Positions 13,291-26,095 of a DNA stretch of 64,000 bases are shown one piece after another. The notes under the pieces are model-generated. The model was not told the DNA's origin. It was given only the letters and a program-made list of their open reading frames with translations, and did no database searches. This DNA is from Octopus sinensis. Its lineage: Eukaryota. Location: the NCBI RefSeq assembly GCF_006345805.1, contig NC_043019.1:21389360-21453359 (forward strand), read 5' to 3'. Position 1 is the first letter of the stretch. Each line of letters opens with the position of its first letter. The position numbers and the translations under genes are program-made.

Positions 13291-13654
13291 TACTCTTTTA
13301 CTCTCTCTTTTACTTGTTTCAGTCAGTTGACTGCGGCCATGCTGGAGCACCGCCTTTAATCGAGCAACTCGACCCCGGGACTTATTCTTTGTTGTAAGTC
13401 CAGTACTTATTCTATCGGTCTCTTTTGCCGAACTGCTAAGTAACGGGGACATAAGCACACCAGCATCAGTTGTCAAGCAATGCTAGGGGGACAAACACAG
13501 ACACACAAATGCATAAATATATATACATATATACGACGGGCTTCTTTCAGTTTCCGTCTACCAAATCCACTCACAAGGCTTTGGTCAGCCCGAGGCTATA
13601 GTAGAAGACACTTGCCCAAGGTGCCACACAGTGGGACTGAACCCGGAACCATGT
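13291..13654 (-). mobile_element. Family A SINE, 5'-truncated
   Basis: Reverse complement of the family A body and tail. Confidence 0.85.
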
Positions 13655-14456
13655 TGATGGTAAACATATATATATGTTGATTTTTATTTATATATTAAAA
13701 AAAAAAAAGGGATCATTGGGAGGGTTATTGATTTACCACAATGGGTCTTGATGGTAAAATGTTGGGGACCACAAATACAAACATGTAAACAGATGTGTTT
13801 GTACCTCATGAATGGACCTTCATTCCATTTCTATCAGCTCTACAATGTGCTCTCACTTCTCCCAGCCTTAAAATGTGCACCCTTTTTTTCCAGTCATAAA
13901 TTCCCCCCCCCCCCCCATTCTTCTTAGCCCTAAAATGAACTGCCCCTCCTACCACAAGAGCCTCCTTCAATCTTCAGTTATTTTCCACATCTTCCAGTCA
14001 TCTCCTCCTTTACATCATCAGCTGGAAAATGTAGTCAGAAAATTATAATTAACTATAATTTTATATAATTCTATAATTTTATGCCCCTATATATATATAT
14101 ATATATATCACTGAGTAAATCTATTAGTGGGCAAAATTTGAAATATTTCACACTGAATCATACAGTAGATCATAACACCAAATGAACATGGTACCACCCC
14201 ACCTTGCCCTGTCCAATTTTAGTACTCCAAGTGATCATCAAGTTTGCCTTGTACATAGCACGGGCCCTGATGCAAAGTCAGCTTAAGCAGAGTGGACCAC
14301 TCAGGCTTGTCAACAACAATTGCTAGTTCCCTTCCCTGCAATGTTATACTTTTACAGTCAACCTATCAGCTAAATAAATCTTTTTGTGCCCGGCATGGAA
14401 TTTAAAATTGAATCAACATTCAAGAAGAAAAATGGAGAAAAAAGAAGTCCACTTAC

Positions 14457-14526
14457 ATCTTCAACTGTTGTGGTGGGTAAAAGTTTCAAAGGCTTCACAG
14501 CCATATGGTCAAGGTAGTTTTCATAC
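14457..14526 (-). CDS. MPDZ: MPDZ/PATJ exon C (post-PDZ linker)
   Basis: ttttctag acceptor and GAT|gtaagt donor; 70 nt, phase 2 to 0, matching exon B. (R)YENYLDHMAVKPLKLLPTTTVED resembles MPDZ RNKDAVNQMAV. Confidence 0.85.
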
Positions 14527-14965
14527 CTAGAAAATGCATGAAAAATAAATATAAATTCATGACAAACTAGGTTGAAATCAGTTTATTTTTTTATTTTTTA
14601 CATGGTAAAGGAGAAAAATAAAAAGAAAAAGAAAAAAAGAAAACGAAAATTGTTACAACAAAAGAAATCTTTAAATTACAATAAAATCAAAAGGTGCATG
14701 ATGGCCTAATGGCTAGAGTGTTAGCAGTATGACTGTCAGATCATGGATTCAATCCTTGGACAAAGCAGTGTGTTGTGTCCTTGAGCAAGGGACCTCATTT
14801 CACATTTCTTCAGCTACACTCAGCTGAATTAAGTATTAGTAGTTACCTTGTGATAGGACACAATTCAAGGTGTCTTACCCATGGAGTGAGGTGGGGGCTT
14901 CAAAAGTAGGATCAGCTATCATCTGACATTAAAAGACTATAGTTCAAAATACCCATGACATTAAC

Positions 14966-15002
<37 letters not shown>

Positions 15003-15421
15003 AATTCACCAAAAAAAAAGAGGAAAAAACAACAAATAAAAGCACAATATAATTAAGGGCTCACTAATGAATTTCTACCATTAGCAGACTTTTAAATAGT
15101 TTGTTTACATTGTTAGAAATTTTAAATATTTCATTGAAGAAGAAGACCTGACACCTTAATTGTAAAAAGTACAGTGTTTAAGAGAGAATATTTTTGCAAG
15201 AAAATATGTATTTTATTATAATAGGCTGTTAGAAAAATTTGCCATTATTTTACCCATTTATTCTAATCCTCCCCAATGTTATCTGAATTAACACAAAAAA
15301 TATTTTTACTGTAGTGTTATATGGGGCTTTTTTGTAGCTCTATTCTTCCTCAAACTTCCGTTCATCAGTTTTGAAATTTGAATAAATTGTACCTCTTTTC
15401 ATACATATGATATTGCAATGA

Positions 15422-15758
15422 CAGCGTGGAAGGTGTTTATAAGCCATTTAAGAAACACACAAAACCGTTAGATTTACTTCCACATTTAAATTTAATTTGT
15501 CAAAATATTTTCTTCACTTTGAGACCATGACCTGTTCACTGACAAAACTTCGTGCTGCATCTCTGATGAAGCTTTGTCAATGAACAGGTCGTGGTCTCAA
15601 AGCGACGAAAATATTTTGACAAATTAAATTTAAATGTTGAAGTGAATCTAACGGTTTTGTGTGTTTCTTAAATGGCTTATAAACACCTTCCACACTGCAA
15701 TTGTTTTCGTTCCAGCACACAATCTCAGATCAAGTCACTTGCTATGCAAGTACATCTC
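15422..15758. mobile_element. Fold-back/MITE-like palindromic element
   Basis: Inverted arms 15422-15551 and 15568-15697 with a 16-nt loop, an unpaired ~60-nt right extension, and flanking 13-bp direct repeats TGATATTGCAATG. Confidence 0.75.
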
Positions 15759-16054
15759 TGATATTGCAATGCTAAACAGAAAAAAAATTGAATGAATTTA
15801 TCTCACAAATCAATTATTTAACCTCAGTCATGAAAGGAGCCTCTACATTAGGGGTTCTCAAATTGGGGTACACAAGAGAAATTGCGAGGGTATACAAGGT
15901 TTGTAAAAACACTGGAATTTTGAAGTAATCACAATCAATTAAGCACAACTTGTGGGTCTTGAAAAATGCATGGAAAGCCTTTTGCTGTTCCCATCCATTT
16001 ATCATTGTGAACAAAGGGGTTTCAAAAAATCTTTTATCATTTCTTTTAATCTCC

Positions 16055-16392
16055 TTTTGTTTCAGTCTTTAGACTGCAGTCATGCTGGGACACCACCCAG
16101 AAGAATTTTTATTTTTAGTTGAATGAATCAACCCCAGTAGTTTTTTAAGACTGGTACTTATTCTATCAATCTCTTAGGCTGAACTACTAAGTTATAGGAA
16201 TGTAAACAAACCAACGCTGGGTGTCAAGTGGTGGCGGGGGAAACACACACACATATAAGATGGGCTTTTTTCAGTTTCTGTTTACCAAATCCATTTACAA
16301 AGCTCTGGTTGGACAGATGCTTATAGTACAAGACTCTTTCCAAGTTGCCATGTGGTGGAACAACCTGGAACCATGTGGTTGGGAAGCCACAT
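16055..16392 (-). mobile_element. Family A SINE, diverged
   Basis: Degenerate reverse-complement match. Confidence 0.7.
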
Positions 16393-16439
16393 GTGTATGA
16401 CCAAAAATAAATTTCATACAAGACTGTTAGCATGATTGT

Positions 16440-16712
16440 TACCAGCATTGCCTTACTGGCACTTGTGCCAGTGGTACGTGAAAAAGCATTCGAGCGAGGT
16501 CGTTGCCAGTACCGCCTAACTGGCCCCCGTGCTGGTGGCATGTAAAAGCACCCACTACACTCTTGGAGCCCTTCAATCAACTGCTGGCATTAGGAAGGGC
16601 ATCTAGCTGTAGAAACTCTGCCAGATCAAGATTGGAGCCTGGTGCAGCCATCTGGTTTGCCAGTCCTCAGTCAAATTGTCCAACCCATGCTAGCATTGAA
16701 AGCGGACGTTAA

Positions 16713-16745
<33 letters not shown>
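16440..16745 (+). mobile_element. RTE 3'UTR fragment
   Basis: Two hairpin units, aggaagggcatc motif, (ATG)n tail. Confidence 0.78.
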
Positions 16746-17004
16746 TGTTAATTGAGAATGTTTATATGGGTGAGACTCTCTGAAATTGTGCCTAGAACTG
16801 GGTAACTTGTTTGAACATTCAAGTCATTCATCTCATTAAAAATGTAACATTAACTTAAATGAAACAGATTTCTTACATAATTATGAAACCAATAATTTTA
16901 GAAGAAACAGTTGATTAAATTGACTGATACTTTAATTTACTGATTCTGGACATAGAGAAAGTAAGGTTGACGACAGCAGGATTTGAACTCTAATTAAATT
17001 AATA

Positions 17005-17265
17005 ACAGCCTCGCCTGGCCTCCATGCCGGTGGCACGTAAAAAGCACCATCCAATCGTGGCCGTTTGCCAGCCTCGTCTGGCACCTGTGCCGGTGGCATG
17101 TAAAAAGCACCCACTACACTCATGGAGTGGTTGGCGTTAGGAAGGGCATCCAGCCATAGAAACATTGCCAGATCAGACTGGGCCAGGTGCAGCCTTCTGG
17201 CTTCCCAGACCCCAGTCGAACCGTCCAACCCATGCCAGCATGGAAAGCGGATGCTAAATGATGAT
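17005..17265 (+). mobile_element. RTE 3'UTR fragment
   Basis: Two hairpin units, aggaagggcatc motif, (ATG)n tail. Confidence 0.8.
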
Positions 17266-17919
17266 GAATACATGTCTATCTTTGGTTTTATATTGTCCAA
17301 CCATTCTATATAATATTCTTCCTACAAGATACACTAATACTGCAGGACATGATGAAGGGTTACAAGGAAGAAAATGCTTGAGTGTTCTAGAGCTTCTTAA
17401 TTTTTGCATTAGTCCCTTGTTTCAAGTATGAAAGCAAAGACTTCGCTGTCGCTTTTCAAGTCACTTAATTTAATCACTCGATTGAGCACTTGTACTTCTT
17501 AAGAGTGAAGTAGAGTTTCCAACGTTCGCTTTCTTAAATGATAAAAAATTCACAAAGAACGTGAACTAACAAATGTATAAATGTAATTTTCTTTTGAAAA
17601 CATTGCAAGGTTTTAATGTGGAGATTGAGGCTACTTCAACTTAAAGTAGCTATGTGCTGTCAAAATGATATGATTATTATTTTTAATGAGATTTTAAGTT
17701 ACCAAACTAGTGCCATTAATTTTTGACAGGAAAAAATATTAGCATGATGATTCACAAGATTCTAAAGAAATAACATTTTGTATAATACTGGTATGGCTCA
17801 GTGGTTAAGAAGTTTGCTTTGCAACTACAAGGCTTTGAGTTCAGTCCCAGAGTGTGGCTCCTAGGGGGAACTGTTTTTTACAACTTTGAGATGATCAAAG
17901 TCTTGTGAGTGGATTCAGT

Positions 17920-18336
17920 GGATCTTTTCGGTTTGAACGGCAGTTTTTAACATAATTTCTAGGTAACTAAAAAATTTTAAACTTCGTATACTGGTAGAAT
18001 GTGTTTATAAAACATCTTTTTCTCTTGGCTTTATTGAGAAAATTCTATAGTTTGTAAGATATTTGTTGTTTTTTTCTTCAATTTCTGCAATTTCAACCAA
18101 TCACTGACGTCTATTGAGGTAAAAAAACATTCTGTGCCGTATGAATATGTCCCTCGTTTAAGAAACAGATTGGGTTTATTTACATTTGTGAAGAAAAAAA
18201 AGATACCTTCCCCCCACCCCTAACCCTAACCCTAAAACAGATTGAAATGCAATAGATCGATACTAGGGTCATAATTATGGGTGACAATTTCATATGACAC
18301 CGCTAGAAAAAACTGCCGTTCAAACCGAAAAGATCC
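17920..18336. mobile_element. MITE with 29-bp TIRs and probable 8-bp TSD, inserted in a family A SINE
   Basis: GGATCTTTTCGGTTTGAACGGCAGTTTTT ... AAAAACTGCCGTTCAAACCGAAAAGATCC; flanks GATTCAGT and GATACAGT (7/8 match). Confidence 0.88.
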
Positions 18337-19397
18337 GATACAGTAGACAGCAATTGAAACTTATTATATGCATCTGTGTGTGGGTGTGCCACCATGTGTT
18401 GACATTGCATGGTAACTGTGATCAAATGTCGCCATCGTGCAAATGGTGTGATTGACTTGCAATCTTCCATGAAAACATGTCTGACCATTGTATTACCATG
18501 TTCAATGGATGAGGGGAAAATATTACCTCACTTAGAAATAGATGAGAGTTGTGGCAGGAGGAGCATCTGGCTATAAAAAACATGGCTCAACGAATTTCAT
18601 CTGAACCATATAAAGTATGGAAAAGTGGACACTATAATGATGATGATTATGATGATGCACCATAACAAAATTAAAGTACAATTGTTGTTTAGTTCCAGGG
18701 CAACCTGATTGAATATGCTCATGATCATAGAAATTCCAGCCATGACCATCCCTGGCTGTTTTGAGTAGTTGTTAGCTTCAAATCAGCTCTGTTCAAACAA
18801 ACTGTTAAACAAAGATGTTCCAGCCATGACCATCCATGCCATCATATTTTTAGGCATAGTAAATAAATAACCAATGATATTAACAGGCTGTGATATGAGG
18901 CAGATTTAGTTGCTATTTCAAGCTGGTCAAGTGACCATATAAAGTTACCCTTACCGACTTGCAATTTTGTGATACTGTTGCAGTTTAGCCCTAGGTCAAA
19001 CCTGACCAAACAGACCTCTTATCAAAAACATTACAGTGATGACCACCCCATCTTATTTCCAAGCACAGTGCATCCAGAACAACATTGTTCGACATCTTCT
19101 TTCTTAGGGTAAGATTTGTGGCAAGTTTGGCTGCTATTTCTAGCATGCTGAGTGACCACATAAAGTCTCTCACTCTCTCCCTCCCCGTTTGTCTTTTCAC
19201 CCCATAACCAACCCCTTCTCCACACTGTTAACTTGTGCCCCTCCACCCAATATGTCAGGATGGTCATGTTACCTCTCAAGTAATCATATCATTGTTGTGT
19301 GGTTTATGCAAGTTGAAGTGTGAACCCAGATAATGAAGAACTAGAACAAAAGACTTATTTAGCCACTAATGGCTGCTGTATGTGTATCTATGCATTT

Positions 19398-19465
<68 letters not shown>

Positions 19466-19782
19466 GCATATGTACTGTGGAACATCTTTAATGTTCAGAC
19501 AGCTGCAATGAACTGATTAAAGATGATATTCTTGCCTTCTTCTTCTCTCTCTCTCTCTCTCTTTCTCTCCTTCTCAATACCCATATATCTCTCTTTCTAT
19601 TGCTCCATCAATTTTACATATACACTACTTATTTCACAGTCATACAATCAATTAGCATTAGTCCTTCACACGCACTCTCTCTCTCTCTCCATTTCTCGAT
19701 TTTACACATATATACATATACACAGTCTCTCTTGTACATATATACTCTCTCAAGCTAATTTTATACACCTTTACTGTTTCCC

Positions 19783-19874
<92 letters not shown>

Positions 19875-20228
19875 AAATGCAGTCTCTAAGTTGCTCTCAA
19901 CACACACACAATTTGTCTTTCTCTTTCTCATACATTCACACATGCTATTTCTTTCTCTCTCTCTTTCTTTTTTTTCAAACACAAACACACTTTCTTTCTG
20001 TCATACACACACTCTGTCTGTCTGTCTGTCTCTCTCCCTCTCAGATATGGATACACACAAATCCAGTGTTAAATATGTGGGAATCTATCAAATATACAGA
20101 AATTGGTAGAGATACAACGAAAGAAAGAAGGAAGAAAGAGAGACAGAGACTAAAAGAGAGAGAGACAGAGACTAAAAGAGAGAGAAAGAGAGAGAGTGAA
20201 AACGATAAGTGTAGAGGGAAATAAACAT

Positions 20229-20264
<36 letters not shown>

Positions 20265-20694
20265 GAAGACAGTGAGAGAGGGAGAAAAAGAGACGAAGAA
20301 GACAGAGAAAATAGAGATAAGAAATGGGGGTGAGAGAGAAAGACAGAGAAGGAGCATAGGAAGGGAGAAGAAGAAAGGGATATACAAAGAAGGGGAGAAA
20401 GTGAAAGTGAAAGAGAGAGAGAGAGAAGGAAGGACAGAGTGAAAGAGAAGTAAAAATAACAAGGAATATCTATGCAGAAGTCCAAGATTTGTTTTGGTAA
20501 CAACAACAACAACAACCAAAGTAAGCAACTTAAAATAGATCTATAAATCACAAACCACTTTTACTTTATCCCCCCTCCTCTTCTCCATTCCCACCTTTTA
20601 CTCTCCTCAAAAGACACACTGAATATAATAATAGATCAATATTCTGTAGAATAACAACAACAACAACAACAATAATAATAATAATAATAATACT

Positions 20695-21190
20695 AATCCT
20701 TTTCACTAATGGCACAAAGCCTGAAATTTGTGGGGAGGGGGACTAGTCGATTCCATTGACCACAGTGTTTCAGTGGTGCTTAATTCATCGACCCTGAAAG
20801 GATGAAAGGCAATGTTGACCTCAGTGGAATTTGAACTTAGAACGTAAAGATGGATGAAATGCTGCTAAGCATTTTGCCTGGTGTGCCAACGATTCTGCCA
20901 GCTTGCTGATTGGATAAGAACAACAACAACAATGATGATGATGATGATGATAATAATAATAATGATGGTAAATAGTTTCTGAGTTAGGTATCAAGGCCAA
21001 CAATTTCAAAAGGGAGAGTGCTAGTCAATCATATTGACCCCACTACTTGCCAAGTACTTTATTTAAATGACCCAAGATGGACAAAAGGAAAAGGTGACCT
21101 TGGTGAGATTTGAACTGTATACAACTGGAAGAAGTACCACAAACCATTTTGGTTGATGTGCTAACAATTCTGCTAGTCTATCATCTTAAT
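20695..21190 (-). mobile_element. Two diverged family B SINEs
   Basis: gatcgaccctgaaaggatgaaaggc-type cores on the minus strand. Confidence 0.62.
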
Positions 21191-22350
21191 ACTAATGCTA
21201 ACCATTTCTAACATAAGAACAATACGTGTAATTCCGAGAGAGGAGGAGGTTAGTCAATATCATGAATCATAAGTACTTAACTAGTACTTTAGTTTATCAA
21301 TTGCACATTGTCTATGTGTAATTGGAGCAAGATATGTGAAAGCATGTAGCCAGGTTATTAGGGTTTGGCTCATAATCATGAGGTCATAGATTCAATCCCT
21401 GGTCTAAGCAGTGCATTGAATTCTTAAGCAAGGTGCTTCATTTTATGTTGTTCCAGTCCACTCAGGTGTAAATAAGTACCAGTCATGTGGTAGTGCAGCC
21501 CTTTCTCCCTCCAGTTGTCACACCCTAGATATGCCACTGGGTCAAGGTGGTGGCTAAGACAAGAATGTGTCTTTGGTGGTGGCTAAGTCAAGAATGTGTC
21601 TATGCCTGCCTGCTCATTACCCTAAAGACACCTAAACCAATCAACAAAAACATGGCACATGGTACCATGTCATACTCACTTGGGAGTGATGTTTATAGTT
21701 TCCATATTACATATTTATCATATGTTCGGCTACAAATGTTATTCTATCTACCAAATTTTTATGGGTGGGACTCTAAATCTGTCACTGGTTTTTAACATTG
21801 CTGCCACCACCACCAGCACCACCATACTGTTGGGTGCCTTTAGTAGAGTCTACTCTGTTGCAAGCATTTGGATCAGATTTCTGATCTGAATTCCTCCTCT
21901 ATTCACAGCACTAGTCTCTGGGGTCCTGCAAAGATGTTATTCCCTTAAGCCTTAAAACATTAACTACAGCTAAACAAACAGGATCACATATCAGAACCAA
22001 GGCTTCTTTCAATTCTTCTCTCAATCCACTGAAGTATGTGTGCATATATATTTTGAAGTTTCAACCAGCTAAGCTATTGTCAGCAGTCTGATGATGGCTT
22101 AACTGGCTGAGACTTCGAAGTCACTCTCAACAACAGTCTTGTAATAAATTTGTACTCTACAAAAGTAAATATTAAAGTAAAATTGTTTTTATTATAACTG
22201 AACATAAAAACAAACATTTATATGTATGTGTGTGTGTTTGTGTGCATGCAAGTGTTAAAATAGCCAAAGAATTTCCTTTCAAACAGGTTATATTATTAAA
22301 GACATGACTGTTTGTCTTCAATCTTTTTTATTAAGAGATTTTCATATTAA

Positions 22351-22932
22351 CTCTTTAGCATTTAAACCAGCCATATCCGGTACAAATATTTTGTTTTATG
22401 CTCAAACTGGCCAGACACAACCTTGCAAACTTATCCTATAATCTCTTTCTAATAATATACAATCACATCAGCAAAAGCTATGGTATATCTTCTATCTTTT
22501 ACTTGTTTCAGTCATTAGACTGCAGCCATGCTGGGGCACTTCTTGAAGAATTTTTAGTTGAATGACTTGACCCCAGTACTTTTTTTAAGCCTGGTACTTA
22601 TTCTATTGGTCTCTTTTGCAGAACCACTAAGTTATGAGGATGTAAACACACCAACACTGGTGGGGGATAAACACAGACACTAAGACACACACACGATGGT
22701 CTTCTTTCAGTTTCTGTCTACAAAATCCACTCACAAGGCTTTGATTGGCCCAAAGCTATAGTAGACACTTGTCCAAGATACCACACAGTGGGACAGAACC
22801 CAGAACCATGTGGTTAGGAAGCAAGCAAGCTTCTAACCACACAGCCACACTTGCACCTATATGCATGATTAATTCAAAATGATATGAACAAATAAACGTT
22901 ACATTTGACAGAGTAATCTGAATTCCGAAGGG
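22351..22932. mobile_element. piggyBac-type MITE, same family, interrupted by a SINE
   Basis: TTAA|ctctttagc ... gaaggg|TTAA; internal match to 8857-9075. Confidence 0.75.
22493..22860 (-). mobile_element. Family A SINE nested in a piggyBac-type MITE
   Basis: Reverse-complement head to tail match; interrupts the MITE at 22351-22932. Confidence 0.8.
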
Positions 22933-23326
22933 TTAACTCAATAATTTGACTGGTTATATATTTTATAAACTTCCCACTTCGCCATCAGAAACATAAAAGG
23001 AAAAGTCGACCTTGACAGGAATTGAATATAGAACACAAAGATGTGTAAGTAAATGCCAAAGGGGATGCTGGCCAATGCTCTAATGATTCTATCAATCAGG
23101 TACTGAAGCTAATAAAAGAGGATTTAGACTGTCTGGAAAGTTTTACAAAATTCTTAATTAGCTTGTTAGAGTCCTTCTAGTAACAATTTTTCTTGTCTTT
23201 TATTTCCTTTTCTTTAAGCACTCGAAATAGAAAAATCTAATTAAAAGCCTGTCATTAGTGATGCATGGAACATTGGAACGATGTAGAAAAAAAATTACAA
23301 GATGAAAAAATTTTAATCAAAAATAC

Positions 23327-23421
23327 CTTAATAAGACCACTTTCAGTACAGGTTGCGTTAACCCTTTAATGATAGCTGAAGCGTTTAAGTGACTCCTGCC
23401 ATAGAGAACTTGTCCGTTCAC
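23327..23421 (-). CDS. MPDZ: MPDZ/PATJ exon B (C-terminal part of the same PDZ domain)
   Basis: tttgcag acceptor and AG|gtattt donor; 95 nt, phase 0 to 2. VNGQVLYGRSHLNASAIIKGLTQPVLKVVLL(R) continues exon A in frame and matches MPDZ INGQILYGRSHQNASSIIK. Confidence 0.93.
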
Positions 23422-24053
23422 CTGCAAAAAGAGAAAAATAAATTAAATAAATAAGAAAACAACATACAATGACAATATGATCGATAAGTGTCAACGTTTG
23501 TTAATTAGTTTGGAAACAATATTATTGATTGACACTAAATCTTTCCCAAATTTTGCACATGACTCCAAAATCATTCTAAAATAATGCATGAAGAAAAATA
23601 TCTCTAGTTTGAGGTTCCCCTACAGTACAACTGGGAGGATTCAGGAAAAGTGATGTTGAATGACTGACAGTTGTAATGGAGTGGTAGTGGAGTAGAAGTG
23701 TTAGAGTGAAATATAGAAACATCAGTCTACGATGCCAATGTCTGTTTTCCTTTCCCTTAATTTTCTCTAAGTTCTCTCTTTCTCTTTATTCATCCAGCTC
23801 TCTATTTTTCTCACTGTCTCACTTTCACTCATCCTTTCTATCTGTCTCTGTCTCTATCACAACAGACACATTTACTCACTCAACTCTCTTAGACAACAAA
23901 GTATAGACAAATATAATTTTTTTTTCACTCTTTGTTAATCAAAATTTAATGTTGTTAATGTGTGAAATACAATGTGATTGTGTGTCTGTGTTTCTTTGTG
24001 CTTGTGGGTGTGTGTAAATACACACACACACACACACAAACACAAACATATTT

Positions 24054-24284
24054 TATTTCTTTACTACCCACAAGGGGCTAAACACAGAGGGGACAAACAA
24101 GGACAGACAAACGGATCAAGTCGATTATATCGACGCCAGTGCGTAACTGGTACTTAATTTATCGACCCCGAAAGGATGAAAGGCAAAGTCGACCTCGGCG
24201 GAATTTGAACTCAGAACGTAACGGCAGACGAAATACGGATACGCATTTCACCCGGCGTGCTAACATTTCTGCCAGCTCGCCGCT
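24054..24284 (-). mobile_element. Family B SINE, near-consensus
   Basis: Nearly identical to 57256-57484. Confidence 0.85.
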
Positions 24285-24324
24285 CTTACAAACATATGGA
24301 TGTGTATATGTGTGTGTGTGTGTG

Positions 24325-25144
24325 CACAGAGTGCGGTGAATAAACTGTCGTCTAAGTTACGCAAAAATGAAAATAACACTGACATCTCATTTTAACAGAT
24401 ATGTTTACCAAAATTACATAAAAATATCTTCAAATACTAAAGAATAAATTTATTCAATAAAACTGCCATTGGCTTCAACCACAGCCGCCAGACAACTTTG
24501 GAGTCTCCTGCAACTCTTCTGGATAGTTTCCTTGTTGAAGATGGTGAATGCTGCTATAATCCTTGCCTTCAGTTCATCTTTGGTGTTACAAGGAGTTTTG
24601 CTGGTCTCTCGCTCAACCATGCCCCACACATAATAATCAAGGGGTTGTAGTCTGGGGAGTTAGGGGGCCAGATGTTAGGGGTGATGTGGTGCAGAGACCT
24701 GTTGCTAAACATAGGGTCATCCAGCAGCGACCCTCTTAACCCAGGGCAGCACTACCTCCTCCATGCACTTGATGTAGGCCTCTGTGTTGAGTCTTAGGAC
24801 ATGTGGGAAGATGAATGGAGGTATAACATCACCATCACTAGTGATCACTCCAAACACCATGATGTTGACTGGATGTTTGATTTTTATCACTCTCAGTACA
24901 TGTCCTCAAAGTGACACCCAAACACTCTGAAATGTTGGTATTGGGGCTTCCGGTGTGAATGCCAAGCAGTACAGCGTGTTGTTTCCAAATTTCTGGCAGA
25001 GTGAATTGTGTCATGGAGCTGTTTTTCTCAGATGGTTACCCAACTGACCCTACTATACTGTGTAGTCAACAAAATGAAAAACAAACAATGCACACGCGTA
25101 AAATTAAAAATATAAAATGGTATCAATTTTCCCATCATACCCAG

Positions 25145-25146
<2 letters not shown>
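24325..25146 (-). mobile_element. Internally deleted Tc1/mariner transposon (maT/DD37D-like), transposase pseudogene
   Basis: Minus strand KHPVNIMVFGVITSDG..., then WPPNSPDYNP, a frameshift, and DYYVWGMVERETSK...VVEANGSFIE*; in-frame stops, N-terminal half missing, degenerate terminal repeats. Confidence 0.85.
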
Positions 25147-25177
<31 letters not shown>

Positions 25178-25867
25178 GTTAGCAGAGTTAGAAGTTGGAA
25201 TAACCATCTATGGGATAAGAATATCTGTTTTTACTATTGGTATAAATTACCTATGTTAACCCTGGGCATACATATGCAAGGGTATTATGTTCATAGGATA
25301 AAGGCAATGAACAAAGATAATCAAGAGATTATCAGGAATCAAATTAAAATTAAGCAGAAAATGGAGAAATCTTGATCAACTAACACTGACTATTATTGAC
25401 TAACATCAATTATTATTTTTTAATACAAAACTTTATCCCATCTAACAGCCGTTTCTGCTTCCAATGTCCTACAGTGTTGCCACTGAAAATTCTGAGAATA
25501 ATGTTTGTCATATTTTCTGACACATCCAATCTGGAACAGGGAGCTTCATCAGAGTGAAGAAAAATACATAAAAGAAAAGAAAAGAAGAGCCTTGGGAAGA
25601 GGAAAGAAGGCTTAATTTATTTAAATCATACCATTTTGCAGTGTAACGTTTCAGGACGTTGAGTAAATGACAAAATTAGAAATATTATTTGGTAGGTTAA
25701 TCTTTCTTTAGGAGTAACAGGATGTATAAATAATAAGAAAAGTAAAATAAATACTTTACCATAACAGGATATGCTAATAAGTCTAGAAAAGGGAGGATTG
25801 ATAGTGCCATAACTTTTAGAAGTAACCATAATAGTTCTTAAGATTATGCTAATAGTACTAATTAATA

Positions 25868-26095
25868 TCCGTCCGTGGCCGTTTGCCAGCCCCGTCTGGC
25901 ATCTGTGCGGGTGGCACGTAAAAAGCACCCACTACACTCATGGAGTGGTTGGCGTTAGGAAGGGCATCCAGCCGTAGAAACACTGCCAGATCAGATTGGG
26001 CCTGGTGCAGCCTTCTGGCTTCCCAGACCCCAGTTGAACCGTCCAACCCATGCTAGCATGGAAAACAAACGCTAAATGATGATGATGATGATGAT
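25868..26095 (+). mobile_element. RTE 3'UTR fragment
   Basis: One hairpin unit plus the terminal segment; shorter tips also at about 31580-31780, 61570-61712 and 63590-63640. Confidence 0.8.

Noticed and set aside
15563-15620. CTGATGA...GAAA resembling a hammerhead ribozyme core
   Set aside because: I could not build canonical stems I and II around the core; the sequence is explained by the fold-back arm. An RNAMotif or Infernal search would settle it.
25630-25860. AT-rich hydrophobic ORF suggestive of a mitochondrial insertion
   Set aside because: No recognisable mitochondrial protein motif under the invertebrate mitochondrial code; BLASTN against the mitogenome would be needed.
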